Assembly: GCA_963847625.1 (NCBI GenBank) | Contig: CAWKAR010000036.1 | Location: forward strand, 1-26,280 | Length of the DNA stretch: 26,280 nt | Origin: a candidate division FCPU426 bacterium | Lineage (GTDB): Bacteria > Oederibacteriota > Muellerivitia > Muellerivitales > Muellerivitaceae | Direction: 5' to 3' | Shown: piece by piece, positions 7,880-17,441 of the stretch | Layout of the letters: each line of letters starts with the position of its first letter | Numbering within the stretch: the stretch's first letter is position 1 | The notes under the pieces: model-generated | Databases searched by the model: none | Seen by the model: the letters and a program-made list of their open reading frames with translations, nothing else | What the model was told of the DNA's origin: nothing | Translations under genes and position numbers: made by a program

Positions 7880-7956
7880 TGGTGTGCCCAGCAGGACTTG
7901 AACCTGCAACCTTCTGATCCGAAGTCAGAAGCTCTATCCAATTGAGCTATGGGCAC
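7880..7956 (-). tRNA. tRNA-Arg(UCG), 77 nt, CCA encoded
   Basis: GTGCCCATAGCTCAATTGGATAGAGCTTCTGACTTCGGATCAGAAGGTTGCAGGTTCAAGTCCTGCTGGGCACACCA. Anticodon stem TCTGA/TCAGA, loop CT-TCG-GA, A20 arginine identity base. Confidence 0.95.
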
Positions 7957-7976
7957 TTTCTGATTACCTGCGGCAA

Positions 7977-8005
7977 ATACTAAGAGACTCATAAAGGTTT
8001 TGCAA
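7977..8005 (-). promoter_or_regulatory. Putative sigma70 promoter of tRNA-Arg
   Basis: Minus strand TTGCAA-17 bp-TAGTAT followed by a GC-rich discriminator (TTGCCGC), about 20 nt before the tRNA. Confidence 0.5.
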
Positions 8006-8106
8006 TATTTCCTTGAACTGGGTGGGTCAAGTGGGGAATCCCTTTAATCAAGTCGGATGCAGTTTAGAAATAAGCCTATTTTAAACCGACATCCCGGAAT
8101 AGAACC

Positions 8107-9161
8107 GCCGAATTCACGGAGTAAGTGCAACACTTCGCCGGAAGACTTCCGCCGGAGTTTTAAAGCCCAAACATTTCCTGGGCCTGTTATTGAGCCATCT
8201 TTCTATGGTCCTGAATTCTTTGAAGGACACTTTAGCAAGATCAGTCTTTTTAGGCAAATGGCGGCGGACAAGACCGATAGTATTTTCCACCGTACCTTTT
8301 TCCCAACTGTGGAAAGGGGCGCAGAAAAAGGATTTTGTACCAAGCACGTGGTTGGTTTCCAAGTGGTTGGTGTTTTCGGTTCCGTTGTCATAGGTCAGAC
8401 TCAGGCGGGCGTCTTGAGGGAAGCGGCATAAAGCGCGGTTGAGGCTATGACTCATTTGGCGAGCGGTCTTTCGTTTGAGCTTTCCCAACTTGGAAAAACG
8501 GCTTTGACGCTCGACGAGAGCCCGCATAGCCACTTTACTCTGACGAGAGACCATGGTGTCGGTTTCCCAATGGCCGAATTGCTTGCGTTGATTGGCGATC
8601 TCGGAGCGCTTATCGATGGAAACACGGCCTGGGATATGGTTTTTGGCGTGCTTACGGCTATGGCCAAATGAGAATCGTCGCCGGTGGTGTCGAACTAGGC
8701 AAGGAATCAGCTCAGTGGCTTCAGCATAAACCCACTGATAGATAGCTTCAGGACCAATGGTTTGCTTAGGCCGTAGGTGACCTAATCGACCTGAAATGAG
8801 TTCTGGAGACCAGCCTCGTTTCAATTGACGACGGACGTAGGCACGAATTCGTTTTGTTTTCAGGCGTAAACGGCGTGCTCGTTGTTGGTTGCGGTCAACA
8901 TACCGTTGATGGGCTCGATGAGAAAGATAATAACCAGAACGGATAGGGGGAGCATTGCGCTTGAGTTCCCTGGAGAGGGTGGAAGGAGACCTCTTCAAGG
9001 CGCGTGAAATTGCTCGAAGGCTAAGACCCTTTCCTTTCAAGACGGATAAATGATCTCTTTCTTCAACGCTTAAATGCTTGTATTTCTTTTTCATAGCCGC
9101 ATATCCTATTCATGCGGCCTTCTTCAGACACTAAGTGTTGCACTTACTTATGGAACTCGGG
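8107..9161 (-). mobile_element. IS30-family insertion sequence
   Basis: 26-bp imperfect IRs: CCGAATTCACGGAGTAAGTGCAACAC (8108-8133) and reverse complement CCGAGTTCCATAAGTAAGTGCAACAC (9135-9160). Possible ACC target duplication at 8104-8106 and 9162-9164. Confidence 0.9.
8114..9094 (-). CDS. IS30-family transposase
   Basis: HLSVEER, RSPSTLSRELKRN, GHWETDT, TYDNGTE, WEKGTVENTIG, LNNRPRKCLGFKTP. The stop codon lies inside the IR. Confidence 0.96.
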   Translation of the reverse strand: MKKKYKHLSVEERDHLSVLKGKGLSLRAISRALKRSPSTLSRELKRNAPPIRSGYYLSHRAHQRYVDRNQQRARRLRLKTKRIRAYVRRQLKRGWSPELISGRLGHLRPKQTIGPEAIYQWVYAEATELIPCLVRHHRRRFSFGHSRKHAKNHIPGRVSIDKRSEIANQRKQFGHWETDTMVSRQSKVAMRALVERQSRFSKLGKLKRKTARQMSHSLNRALCRFPQDARLSLTYDNGTENTNHLETNHVLGTKSFFCAPFHSWEKGTVENTIGLVRRHLPKKTDLAKVSFKEFRTIERWLNNRPRKCLGFKTPAEVFRRSVALTP

Positions 9162-9324
9162 ACCTAAAGGCTGACGCTTTTTGAGCCATTTAGGTTAAAC
9201 TAACTTCATTCGGATCAATTCTTTAGGGAAGGTTACCATTTTATTCCGTCAAATACATGAAATTCATGTGTGACCATGCGTTTGTTTGATTTTGCCTAGC
9301 GATTGAAATGAACGGGGGATCGAT

Positions 9325-10560
9325 ATGAGAAATAAGGGAGTTTGGATTGTTTCGCTGGCGGCAGGTTTTCTGTTCGCGGTAATCACCCTGCGGGGTGCCT
9401 GGGGCAAATCCTTGAATTCTTTCGGGGACGAGTTGGCTTTCCTACAAAAAAACACCAAGGTGGTGGTTCTTTCCGACGAAAGCGGCCAAAAACAAGTGGT
9501 TGTCAGCCCGGCCCTGCAGGGCCGGGTTCTCACCAGCACAGCCGCGGGATTGAAGGGGCAAAGCTTCGGCTGGATTAACCGCGAGCTCATCGCCTCCAAG
9601 AAAATCCTGAAGCACATTAATCCTTTCGGCGGCGAAGACCGCTTTTGGCTGGGGCCCGAGGGCGGGCAATATTCCATCTTTTTCCCGCCCGGAGCCAAGT
9701 TCGATCTGGATCATTGGCAGACCCCGCCGGCCGTGGATAGCGAGGCATTCAATCTGGCTAAGAAGTCCACGAAAAGCGTGGTCCTGGAAAAAGACATCGC
9801 CGTGAAGAATTACTCGGGCGCCGAGTTTAAATTGGGCGTGAGGCGGGAAATCAAACTGTTGGCCGATTCCCAGGCCTGGAAGAAACTCCAGGTGAAGCCC
9901 GCCCCGGGCATCCAGATGGTGGCCTATGAATCCGAAAACCGAATCACCAATAAGGGTCCGAAAGCCTGGAGCCGCGAAACCGGCCTGCTGTCCATTTGGA
10001 TCCTGGGTATGTTCAATCCTTCCGACCACACTACAATCGTGGTCCCATTTAAGCCGGGCAAGGTTGAGAATAGGGGACCGGTCGTGAACGATGCCTATTT
10101 CGGGAAGGTACCCGCCGACCGCCTCGTCATCCGGGAACGCGTGCTGTTTTTCAGCGCCGATGGCAAGAAGCGCAGCAAGATTGGCATCTCGCCCAAGCGC
10201 GCCCTGCCGGTCCTGGGCAGCTACGACGCCGACCATGGCGTGCTCACGCTGGTTCAGTTCAGCAAGCCGGAAGGAGCGGTTGATTACGTGAATTCGATGT
10301 GGGAGTTGCAGAAGCACCCCTTTTCGGGCGATGTGGCCAACAGTTACAACGACGGGCCGCCAGCACCTGGGAAAAAACCTCTGGGCCCCTTTTACGAACT
10401 GGAATCCTCTTCGCCTGCGGCGGCATTGGAATCTGGAAAATCCATCTCGCACGTGCAGTGCACGATGCATCTGGAGGGCACGGAGCAGACCTTGGATCCG
10501 GTTTCTAAAGCCGTGTTGGGCGTAGGTATCCAGGAAATCAAATCCGCGCTGAAGAAATAA
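9325..10560 (+). CDS. Secreted conserved protein, DUF6786-like
   Basis: Signal-like N-terminus. Motifs PALQGRVLTS, GGEDRFWLGPEGGQYSIFF, YVNSMWE, NSYNDGP and GPFYELESSSPA, recalled from this family. Confidence 0.7.
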   Translation: MRNKGVWIVSLAAGFLFAVITLRGAWGKSLNSFGDELAFLQKNTKVVVLSDESGQKQVVVSPALQGRVLTSTAAGLKGQSFGWINRELIASKKILKHINPFGGEDRFWLGPEGGQYSIFFPPGAKFDLDHWQTPPAVDSEAFNLAKKSTKSVVLEKDIAVKNYSGAEFKLGVRREIKLLADSQAWKKLQVKPAPGIQMVAYESENRITNKGPKAWSRETGLLSIWILGMFNPSDHTTIVVPFKPGKVENRGPVVNDAYFGKVPADRLVIRERVLFFSADGKKRSKIGISPKRALPVLGSYDADHGVLTLVQFSKPEGAVDYVNSMWELQKHPFSGDVANSYNDGPPAPGKKPLGPFYELESSSPAAALESGKSISHVQCTMHLEGTEQTLDPVSKAVLGVGIQEIKSALKK

Positions 10561-10587
10561 AACGAAAGGCCTGTTCAGAGGCGAAAA

Positions 10588-11337
10588 ATGAAATTCCTTA
10601 GGATTTTATTCGTGGCATTTCTCATCTTGCCGTTTCTGGCGGCAATGGTTTCAGCGCAAACGGCCCAGGCTACCCCTAAACCCAATGCGGTCAAACGCGC
10701 GAAGCACAAAAAATCCCTTCTGCCTAAAAAACCCTCGGTTTCACAGCCCTTGGAAACCGAGGAAGCGCCTTTGAATCCGAAATTCGAGTTAAACCTTTAT
10801 GTGAGTCATTCGATTTTCCTGGGCCAGAACGATAAAACCCTTTGGCCCGTGGGCATTACGGGGGGGATATGGGCCGGTTATTTTCTGGATCCCCGCGCCT
10901 TGATCGGGATGAGGATGGATTACTCTTATTCGGGCGGAGATGCCCCGAGCTTTGCTGACCTGTACCTGCCCAACAACAACCAATCGGCCAGTTTGGGAAA
11001 CGGATCCGGTGACATGAACGTGATCCGGTTTATCCCTTCAATGAAGATGAATTTGAACCCCAGTGAGACTTCGGCAGTGCAGCCGTACGTCATTTTCGGC
11101 GCCGGGATCCTGAACAAATCCATGACGAGCGGCACGGTCAAGGGTAGTAATGGTGCGAGCGCGAGCATCATGGGTTATTCCATTACGAATCCAGTAGTGT
11201 CCCTGGCCGTGGGGTTGCCCATCCAATTGCCGTACGGTTACAAGGTTCCCCTGGAGTTTGAATTGTCCTCGGGTTTCACCTCCCCCCAAAGCACTTGGAT
11301 CCAAAACCTATCCGTGGGGCTGGGCCGCGATTGGTGA
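10588..11337 (+). CDS. Outer-membrane beta-barrel protein (8-stranded OmpA/OmpW-like)
   Basis: Signal peptide (VSA-Q), amphipathic strands, QPYVIFGAG, and C-terminal LSVGLGRDW ending in an aromatic residue. Confidence 0.7.
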   Translation: MKFLRILFVAFLILPFLAAMVSAQTAQATPKPNAVKRAKHKKSLLPKKPSVSQPLETEEAPLNPKFELNLYVSHSIFLGQNDKTLWPVGITGGIWAGYFLDPRALIGMRMDYSYSGGDAPSFADLYLPNNNQSASLGNGSGDMNVIRFIPSMKMNLNPSETSAVQPYVIFGAGILNKSMTSGTVKGSNGASASIMGYSITNPVVSLAVGLPIQLPYGYKVPLEFELSSGFTSPQSTWIQNLSVGLGRDW

Positions 11338-11464
11338 TCCCGGGAGGAAATGACGGCCAGAAGGCGCAGGACCGTAAAACCAGGGGCAACCCGGTACCGT
11401 TGTTTTTAGGAGCCGGACGGGTGTATGTTAAACCGATTCAGAAATCCACCAACGGTTAGCCAAT

Positions 11465-11791
11465 ATGCGGCACATTCAAAACGATTACATGAAAGTCCAG
11501 TTGCAAAATGCCCTTTTGGCCCAAGAGGTCGCGGAATCCGCTAAAATCCGTCAGGCTGAAAGGGCGCGGGCCCAAGCCGCGGAAGCCGTTGAAAACCTCC
11601 CCCCACAGAACGATGAACCGGGGATAAAAAAGGTGCCAGGAAAACCCGAAGAGGGGAAGGGTGGAACCAAGGGACGCTCCCAGGCTTTTTCGATAAGCCG
11701 TTATCAACAGAACGGGGTTTTAGAAGAGGGAGGAGGTCCCGGGGAAGAAACCGGCCAATCCTCTACCCGCCACATCGATATCAAAGTTTAA
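11465..11791 (+). CDS. Hypothetical protein ending in HIDIKV
   Basis: Q/E/A-rich helix, charged linker and a terminal HIDIKV strand. The true start may be the GTG near 11421 after AGGAG if one base is missing near 11457. Confidence 0.55.
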   Translation: MRHIQNDYMKVQLQNALLAQEVAESAKIRQAERARAQAAEAVENLPPQNDEPGIKKVPGKPEEGKGGTKGRSQAFSISRYQQNGVLEEGGGPGEETGQSSTRHIDIKV

Positions 11792-11801
11792 AAAAATAAT
11801 T

Positions 11802-11832
11802 AAAACCGAGTTAAACGGCTTATCGGTTTTTT
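11802..11832. terminator. Possible bidirectional intrinsic terminator
   Basis: AAAACCGA...TCGGTTTTTT between convergent genes. Confidence 0.4.
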
Positions 11833-12596
11833 TAATTGCCTGCCATCCCGCCGCCTGTGCTGTCTTGCATACTTGATCCCATGTGGTGACCGCCATGATG
11901 TCCCCCTTTTTTCCCTCCGGGAGTGGGGTTAGGGCTGGGTTTGACGACCGGCGCAGTGGCGGTTTCCTCGGTCCCGGTTTTCATCAGATCATCCCCCACC
12001 ACTCCGTTTCCATCGCAAGCATGGTAATGGCCATCCGCCAGAATGACTTGAATCGGATTGGGGCCTTTTGATCCCCGCCACCACCAGTAACCCCGATCGA
12101 AATAAACCCAGCGCTCCGCGTCATCGTCGCGCCACCAAAAACGCCCTTCCTGCCATAGGATCCAATGAAAAGTTCCGCCGGTACGCCATCCGTACCAATG
12201 TTTGTTCCCGGTATGATAGTGGCAGTAATTCCAGCCCTTGAAGGGATGCCAAAAGTATTTTCCCGATCGGCGGTCGGCCTTGTTGACGGCCGGTATTTGA
12301 TGAAGGGTTAGGGTGTCGGTGAGATCCCGAAGGGCAGGACCTTGGGGAGCCGTATCTTCATCGTTTGCAAGAACTAATCGCGTCCCATCGATGTATTTTT
12401 TAGGTGGGCGCGGCAAGGGATAATTAGTTTTATCCGGGATTTTTTCCCGGGGTGAAAGAAGAACCAGTTTAGGAACCGTGGACGGTTCCACCGGTTCGGG
12501 AAGAGGTTCCAGGGAATATGCGTTGTTTCCAAACCCCAGAACCACTATCAAGGCCAAGTAGGTCCGCTTGCCCAGGACTCCCCAATTTAAACTCAT
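11832..12596 (-). CDS. Secreted Trp/His-rich hypothetical protein (paralog 1)
   Basis: Signal-like LALIVVLGFGNNAYS, Pro-rich linker, aromatic domain YFWH...WNYCHY...HWYGW...FHWILW...RFWW, and a GGHHGGHH tail. Start uncertain (12596, 12611 or 12674). Confidence 0.75.
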   Translation of the reverse strand: MSLNWGVLGKRTYLALIVVLGFGNNAYSLEPLPEPVEPSTVPKLVLLSPREKIPDKTNYPLPRPPKKYIDGTRLVLANDEDTAPQGPALRDLTDTLTLHQIPAVNKADRRSGKYFWHPFKGWNYCHYHTGNKHWYGWRTGGTFHWILWQEGRFWWRDDDAERWVYFDRGYWWWRGSKGPNPIQVILADGHYHACDGNGVVGDDLMKTGTEETATAPVVKPSPNPTPGGKKGGHHGGHHMGSSMQDSTGGGMAGN

Positions 12597-12688
12597 AAGA
12601 ATTAGACGCATAGGAACAGGGAATGGGCCAAACTTTCTTATCTCCGGATCCTTGACCCGAAAGAATAACACCATGCGTCTAAAGGACT

Positions 12689-14932
12689 ATGGATTCCACA
12701 TACTCTTCTTGGCAGGCCGCCCCTCTTCCCGAAAAGCAAAACTTCTGTTCTTCTCCGTGCATTCGGGAATGGATATGTTTAGTCGCCATTCTCCTAGTGG
12801 CGGCCGCACTTCGCCTATGGAAGATCGATCAAAACGGCACCGGAAACTCTTACTACGCGGCGGCCGTGCGCAGCATGATGATAAATTGGCACAATTTCTT
12901 TTTCGTTTCTTTTGATCCTGTCGGATTCGTGACCGTGGATAAGCCTCCGGTGGCCTTGTGGATTCAAACCGCCTTCGCGAAGTTGTTTGGATACCGGGAT
13001 TTTACTTTGATCCTACCCCAAATACTCGAAGGGCTCTGCGCTTTAGTGCTGGTTTACCATCTCGTGAGGCGGCGCTTTGGCGCCGGGGCGGCGTTATTCT
13101 CGGCCTTGGTCATGGCTTTTTCCCCTGTCAGCGTAGCGGTGGACCGATACAACAACACCGATGCCTGTCTGGTCCTGGTATTGCTTCTTTCGGCTTGGGC
13201 CCTCAGTCTGGCGGCTGAAATGGGAAACCGCAAACTGCTTTACCTGGCCTTCATCCTGGCCGGTGTGGGGTTCAACACCAAGATGATGGCGGCTTTTGTG
13301 GTCCTTCCTGCTTATTACCTGGTTTACCTGGCAGGTTCCCCCACTTCCTGGTTCCGGCGCCTGTGGGCCCTCGCCACCGGCACACTTATTTTATTGGTGG
13401 TGGCGTTGTCCTGGCCCTTGGCGGTTGACTTGACCCCTCCCGAACAGCGGCCTTTTGTGGGAAGCACCCAGGATAATTCCATGATCAGCCTATCCTTGGG
13501 ATGGAATGGATTTCAACGACTGCTTGCCCGGGGAAGGCGCGGCTTTCCCCGAAACCCACGGGGAATTACACCCACGGCGGCGGGGACTCGGAACAACGGT
13601 TCACCAAACGTCGCAGATTCCGGCGCTAATACCACAACAGCCGCCTCGCCTGTCTCCACAGCGGATTCAAATATTACCGGCGCTGCGCCCGCCTCCCAAA
13701 TTCCGGGCGGTCGCAGGGGCGGAATGATGAATAACGGGACACCAGGGCCGCTCCGGCTGGCCGATAAAAACATGGCTGGACAGATTTCCTGGTTTCTTCC
13801 ACTAGCCTTGCTGGGTTTCTGGGTTGAGGCTCGACGGACCCGCTTTCGATTCCCTTTGACGCCACCCCACCAAGCCCTGGCGCTTTGGTTGGGCTGGTTT
13901 CTCGTCTACGCAGTTGTCTTCAGTTTCATGCGGGGAGCCATGCATCCCTATTATTTGGTTCTCATGGCTCCCCCGATCGCTGCCCTGGCGGGGATAGGGG
14001 CAAAAGCAATCTTGAGTTATTACCAGAATGGCCGCCGCACATACCTGTTCCTGGGACTGATTTTAACGGCCGCCTGGCAGGCTTTTATCGTGGCACATTA
14101 TCCGGACTGGAAATTCCAGCTATTGCCCATTTTGTTTTTAGGGGTTGGTTTGACCCTGACCGGCATTATTTTTTTACCATCCCTTGCGCGCCAAAAAACT
14201 TATTCAAATCAGTTCTTGCCGACTGCTATGGGATTGGGTCTTTGTGCCCTTTTCTTTTGTCCTGCGTTTTGGGCCCTGACGCCGATACTTGGCTCAGGGC
14301 AATCAGTCGAAGCCAGTCCGGATTTGTTGACCATGGGCAACCGAGGCGGAATGTTCCAGGGATTCGGCGCGAACTTGAATAACACCAAGCTCCTAGCTTT
14401 CCTGAATTCCCATCACCAGAATGAAGCTTATCTTTTGGTTTCGCAAAACAGCCAAATGGTGGCGCCCATCATCATTAAAACCGGCGAACCGGTAGTGGCC
14501 ATCGGGGGTTTCATGGGCGGGGATCCCATTCTCACAGCAAACCAATTCTCCCAAAAGGTGGCGGAAGGCCAATTCCGCTACATGATTCTATCCAATCCGC
14601 CTGAAAACCGAGGCCAGGGGGGAGGCAATGCCGGCGTTAACAGCCGGGGCTTCGGCGTCAACGCCGGAGGATTCGGAGGTGGTTTTGGATTTGGACGGAT
14701 GGGTGGATCGCAAGCCGACATCGCAAAATGGGTCCGGGAGCATGGAAAGCCGGTGGACCCGGCCCTTTGGAAGCAGTCCATCCCTCCACCGGTACTTACC
14801 AGTCAACCAACATCCCAAGGCCCAGGAGCGGCCCAAGGGTTTCCCGGAGGTTTTGAAGGCCGCCGAGGCGGCCTAGCCAATCTCCAGCTTTATGACCTGC
14901 GGCCTGATCCAGAAACAAAATCAAAAGGTTGA
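12689..14932 (+). CDS. GT-C fold glycosyltransferase (ArnT/PMT_2, YkcB-like)
   Basis: NSYYAAAVRSM, FVTVDKPPVALW, RYNNTD, GFNTKM, RPFVGST, HPYY. Many TM segments with Gly-rich loops. Confidence 0.88.
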   Translation: MDSTYSSWQAAPLPEKQNFCSSPCIREWICLVAILLVAAALRLWKIDQNGTGNSYYAAAVRSMMINWHNFFFVSFDPVGFVTVDKPPVALWIQTAFAKLFGYRDFTLILPQILEGLCALVLVYHLVRRRFGAGAALFSALVMAFSPVSVAVDRYNNTDACLVLVLLLSAWALSLAAEMGNRKLLYLAFILAGVGFNTKMMAAFVVLPAYYLVYLAGSPTSWFRRLWALATGTLILLVVALSWPLAVDLTPPEQRPFVGSTQDNSMISLSLGWNGFQRLLARGRRGFPRNPRGITPTAAGTRNNGSPNVADSGANTTTAASPVSTADSNITGAAPASQIPGGRRGGMMNNGTPGPLRLADKNMAGQISWFLPLALLGFWVEARRTRFRFPLTPPHQALALWLGWFLVYAVVFSFMRGAMHPYYLVLMAPPIAALAGIGAKAILSYYQNGRRTYLFLGLILTAAWQAFIVAHYPDWKFQLLPILFLGVGLTLTGIIFLPSLARQKTYSNQFLPTAMGLGLCALFFCPAFWALTPILGSGQSVEASPDLLTMGNRGGMFQGFGANLNNTKLLAFLNSHHQNEAYLLVSQNSQMVAPIIIKTGEPVVAIGGFMGGDPILTANQFSQKVAEGQFRYMILSNPPENRGQGGGNAGVNSRGFGVNAGGFGGGFGFGRMGGSQADIAKWVREHGKPVDPALWKQSIPPPVLTSQPTSQGPGAAQGFPGGFEGRRGGLANLQLYDLRPDPETKSKG

Positions 14933-15153
14933 TATGTCGCCATGCTGCGGATGGTTCTAAAATAAAAACCATTCTTAAACTGAAAGTGAGAAAGAACCCA
15001 TCTTCCTAGCTTAATAATTTCAATAGGGTTTTAGGTCATAAAGGGCTTCAAACTAGTTGCCTGTCACAAATTATTTCTTGTGTTCCGAAAGCTTTTTCAT
15101 TCCCCGAGCCCTATACTGAACCTAACCGATAAATACCCAAAAGGGGGAAGACC

Positions 15154-15510
15154 GTGGGAATGACCAAGGAACAGCTAAAAGGCAAGATGAAAGAAAAAGG
15201 GATCGTGGTTTTGAATGTTCTCTCGGAGAGCGATTTTGAGAAACTACACATCCGGGGTTCGCGCAGCCAGCCGTTAAATCAGGACCACGGTGCTTTTGCC
15301 CATGAGGTTGAAAGACAGTACGGAAAAGGAAGGTCTTTTGTTACCTATTGCGCTGACTTTACCTGCGCGGCAGGGGCCAATGCCGCCAGGATCCTCAGGG
15401 AACATGGCTTCACGGCAGAGAATTATCCTGGGGGAATTGAGGAATGGCATCGGGCGGGTTGGCCCACAGACGGCACCCAAGCCGAGGAACCGGCAGTTAT
15501 TCGCAAATAA
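15154..15510 (+). CDS. Single-domain rhodanese-like protein
   Basis: FEKLHIRGS, VTYCADFTCAAG, YPGGIEEWHRAGWP. GTG start with GGGGGA RBS. Confidence 0.85.
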   Translation: MGMTKEQLKGKMKEKGIVVLNVLSESDFEKLHIRGSRSQPLNQDHGAFAHEVERQYGKGRSFVTYCADFTCAAGANAARILREHGFTAENYPGGIEEWHRAGWPTDGTQAEEPAVIRK

Positions 15511-15638
15511 TAGGCAACTGCGTTCTGAAGAGAACATTCTTCAGGAGCTTGTTCTATAGCTTGCTTTTTTAGCTTTGTTATAGAGTCATGGCCCAATGTT
15601 TTCTGGAAGTCTTAAAATAAATCTCAAAGGAGGCTGTT

Positions 15639-15923
15639 ATGGCGACCTATTTCATGTTTGGGAAATACTCGGCTGAGGCCTTAAGAGGCGTCAGCGAGAA
15701 GCGTACGACCAAAGTCTTGAGCATCATTAAGAAATTGGGCGGCCATGTGAAAGACCTGTATGCCCTTCTAGGATCCTCTGACCTGGTCCTGATTGTGGAA
15801 TTGCCGGGAACGGTGGAAGCCATGAAAGCATCGTTGGCCATCGGCCAACTTACGGGCATCGGATTCACCACCTCTCCGGCCATCCAGGTGGAGGATTTCG
15901 ACAAACTGGCGACCACGCTTTAA
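15639..15923 (+). CDS. GYD-domain protein
   Basis: MATYFMFGKYS...LGGHVKDLYALLGSSDLVLIVELP. RBS AGGAGG. Confidence 0.85.
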   Translation: MATYFMFGKYSAEALRGVSEKRTTKVLSIIKKLGGHVKDLYALLGSSDLVLIVELPGTVEAMKASLAIGQLTGIGFTTSPAIQVEDFDKLATTL

Positions 15924-16361
15924 GCCTGCCCGCCATTTGGAGTGACAGCCATAAGCTAGGCGAAACCCAGCCTATGTCTCGATTGTTTTAGATCAATTAT
16001 TCATTCGTCTGGATATTGGGCCTTATATCCCGATTCTTTTCGTTTTTCCTTTTGGGACGTAATCAAAAAACCGTTCTGTAATATCCCCTTGGATCCATTC
16101 CGCCCGGAGGCGGGTCTTTTTTTCCACGCCTTAAAGCCGATAATAGATTTCGGTTTAATTCCCGCACCGTTTCCCCCGATATTTTCGCCATAACCGCGAA
16201 CCCCTCTTTTTCTTTCTTGAATGAACCTCCCTTAAGAACGCGGGGCAGGATTTTTTTTGATTTTAGCGGGGCTGTCAGTGTTAATAGCGGCGATCAGGTT
16301 AAATTGCTTTGAGTTCATTTTTCCCCAAATGGGTTAGAGAGTGTGCGGGGGTGGAAATCTT

Positions 16362-17441
16362 CTATGGCCCGGTGGATTCAGGCTGGTCGGAGGAGACAGG
16401 GATTGAAGTCGGCGAGGGTGTTGCTGTTTCGGTGACAGCCTCTTCGGCGGAATAAACCGGCAAGGGTTCTTCGGTGGGCGTACTCCGGGAAATGGCGGAA
16501 GCCGGGCCTGAGGAGTTTTTCTCGGTAGTGACTGGGCTAACGGGTGTAGCGGCCGTCGTTTCCTCTGAAGCGGGATTGTGGGTAGGGGTTGGAATGAAGG
16601 AGCGGATGTGTTTTCTCGGATGGGCTTTGACGGGAACAACAGGCACAGCAGGTTCAGCAGGTGAGGGTGTTGTGATGGCAAGACTCATGACAGGAGTACT
16701 GGTTGGAAAGGGCGAAACGGTTGGCGTGATATCACTGGGTGTGGATGAGGTGCCGGAAGTGGATTGATCCGTAGGCACGGGAGTCGTTTCCACCTGGGCG
16801 GGAACGGGTGGTGGGGTCCGGTTGGTAAAGTAAAAGGCTGTCACGGCTAGGATAACCACCAGGCCGAGGCCGGCGGAGCGAATGGGAGTCCATTTAAAAC
16901 CCTTTTTCCCCCCGGGAGGTTCAGACGCGGGGGTCAGTTTTTCAACGGAGTCCGCACTCTTAATTTGTGGGCTTTGACTTGAGACTTTTTCTGCGGGAAC
17001 AGGTTTTTTCTCAGGCGGTTTGGAGGCCGGTTCTTTCATGGAACCGGCGCTCCCGGATCGTGGGCCTTGGTTTGAGACCTTCTCCCCAGGGGTTGGCTTT
17101 TTCTCCGGAGCCTTGGGGGCCGGCACTTTCGCGGAACCTGCACTCCCGGATTGCGGACTTGGGCTTGAGGTTTTGGCACCGGGTGCCGGTTTTTCAACGA
17201 AATCGCTACTTCCGAATCGTGTGATTCGGATTAAGGCTTCAGCCCCGGCGACTGGTTTTTCAACAGGGCCCTCACTCCCGAATCTTTTGATATGGAGTGG
17301 GGTTTCGGTCCCAGCGGTCGGTTCTTTCGGAGTGACGGGCGAATCCTTCATGTGTTTGCGCCACATTTCGAAGCTTAACCCGCATCCCGAACAAATGGCC
17401 GTATCGTCGGGTTGTTCCAAGTCACATTCAGGGCATTTCAT
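16362..17441 (-). CDS. Zinc-ribbon bitopic membrane protein with Pro/Ser/Thr-rich repeats (359 aa)
   Basis: MKCPECD...ICSGCG at the likely start 17441, TM segment GLGLVVILAVTAFYF, and a P/T/S-rich C-terminal region. Confidence 0.8.
   Translation of the reverse strand: MKCPECDLEQPDDTAICSGCGLSFEMWRKHMKDSPVTPKEPTAGTETPLHIKRFGSEGPVEKPVAGAEALIRITRFGSSDFVEKPAPGAKTSSPSPQSGSAGSAKVPAPKAPEKKPTPGEKVSNQGPRSGSAGSMKEPASKPPEKKPVPAEKVSSQSPQIKSADSVEKLTPASEPPGGKKGFKWTPIRSAGLGLVVILAVTAFYFTNRTPPPVPAQVETTPVPTDQSTSGTSSTPSDITPTVSPFPTSTPVMSLAITTPSPAEPAVPVVPVKAHPRKHIRSFIPTPTHNPASEETTAATPVSPVTTEKNSSGPASAISRSTPTEEPLPVYSAEEAVTETATPSPTSIPVSSDQPESTGP

Noticed and set aside
9442..10470. Long antisense ORFs (also 5089-5760, 4791-5393, 3666-4097, 21147-21710)
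   Set aside because: They overlap well-supported genes on the opposite strand and show no motifs.
16100..16150. CCGCC-CGGA-GGCGG hairpin with T-run, and a GCCGATAA sigma28-like -10
   Set aside because: Short stem far from the upstream stop, and no correctly spaced TAAA -35. Both lie within the candidate small ORF.
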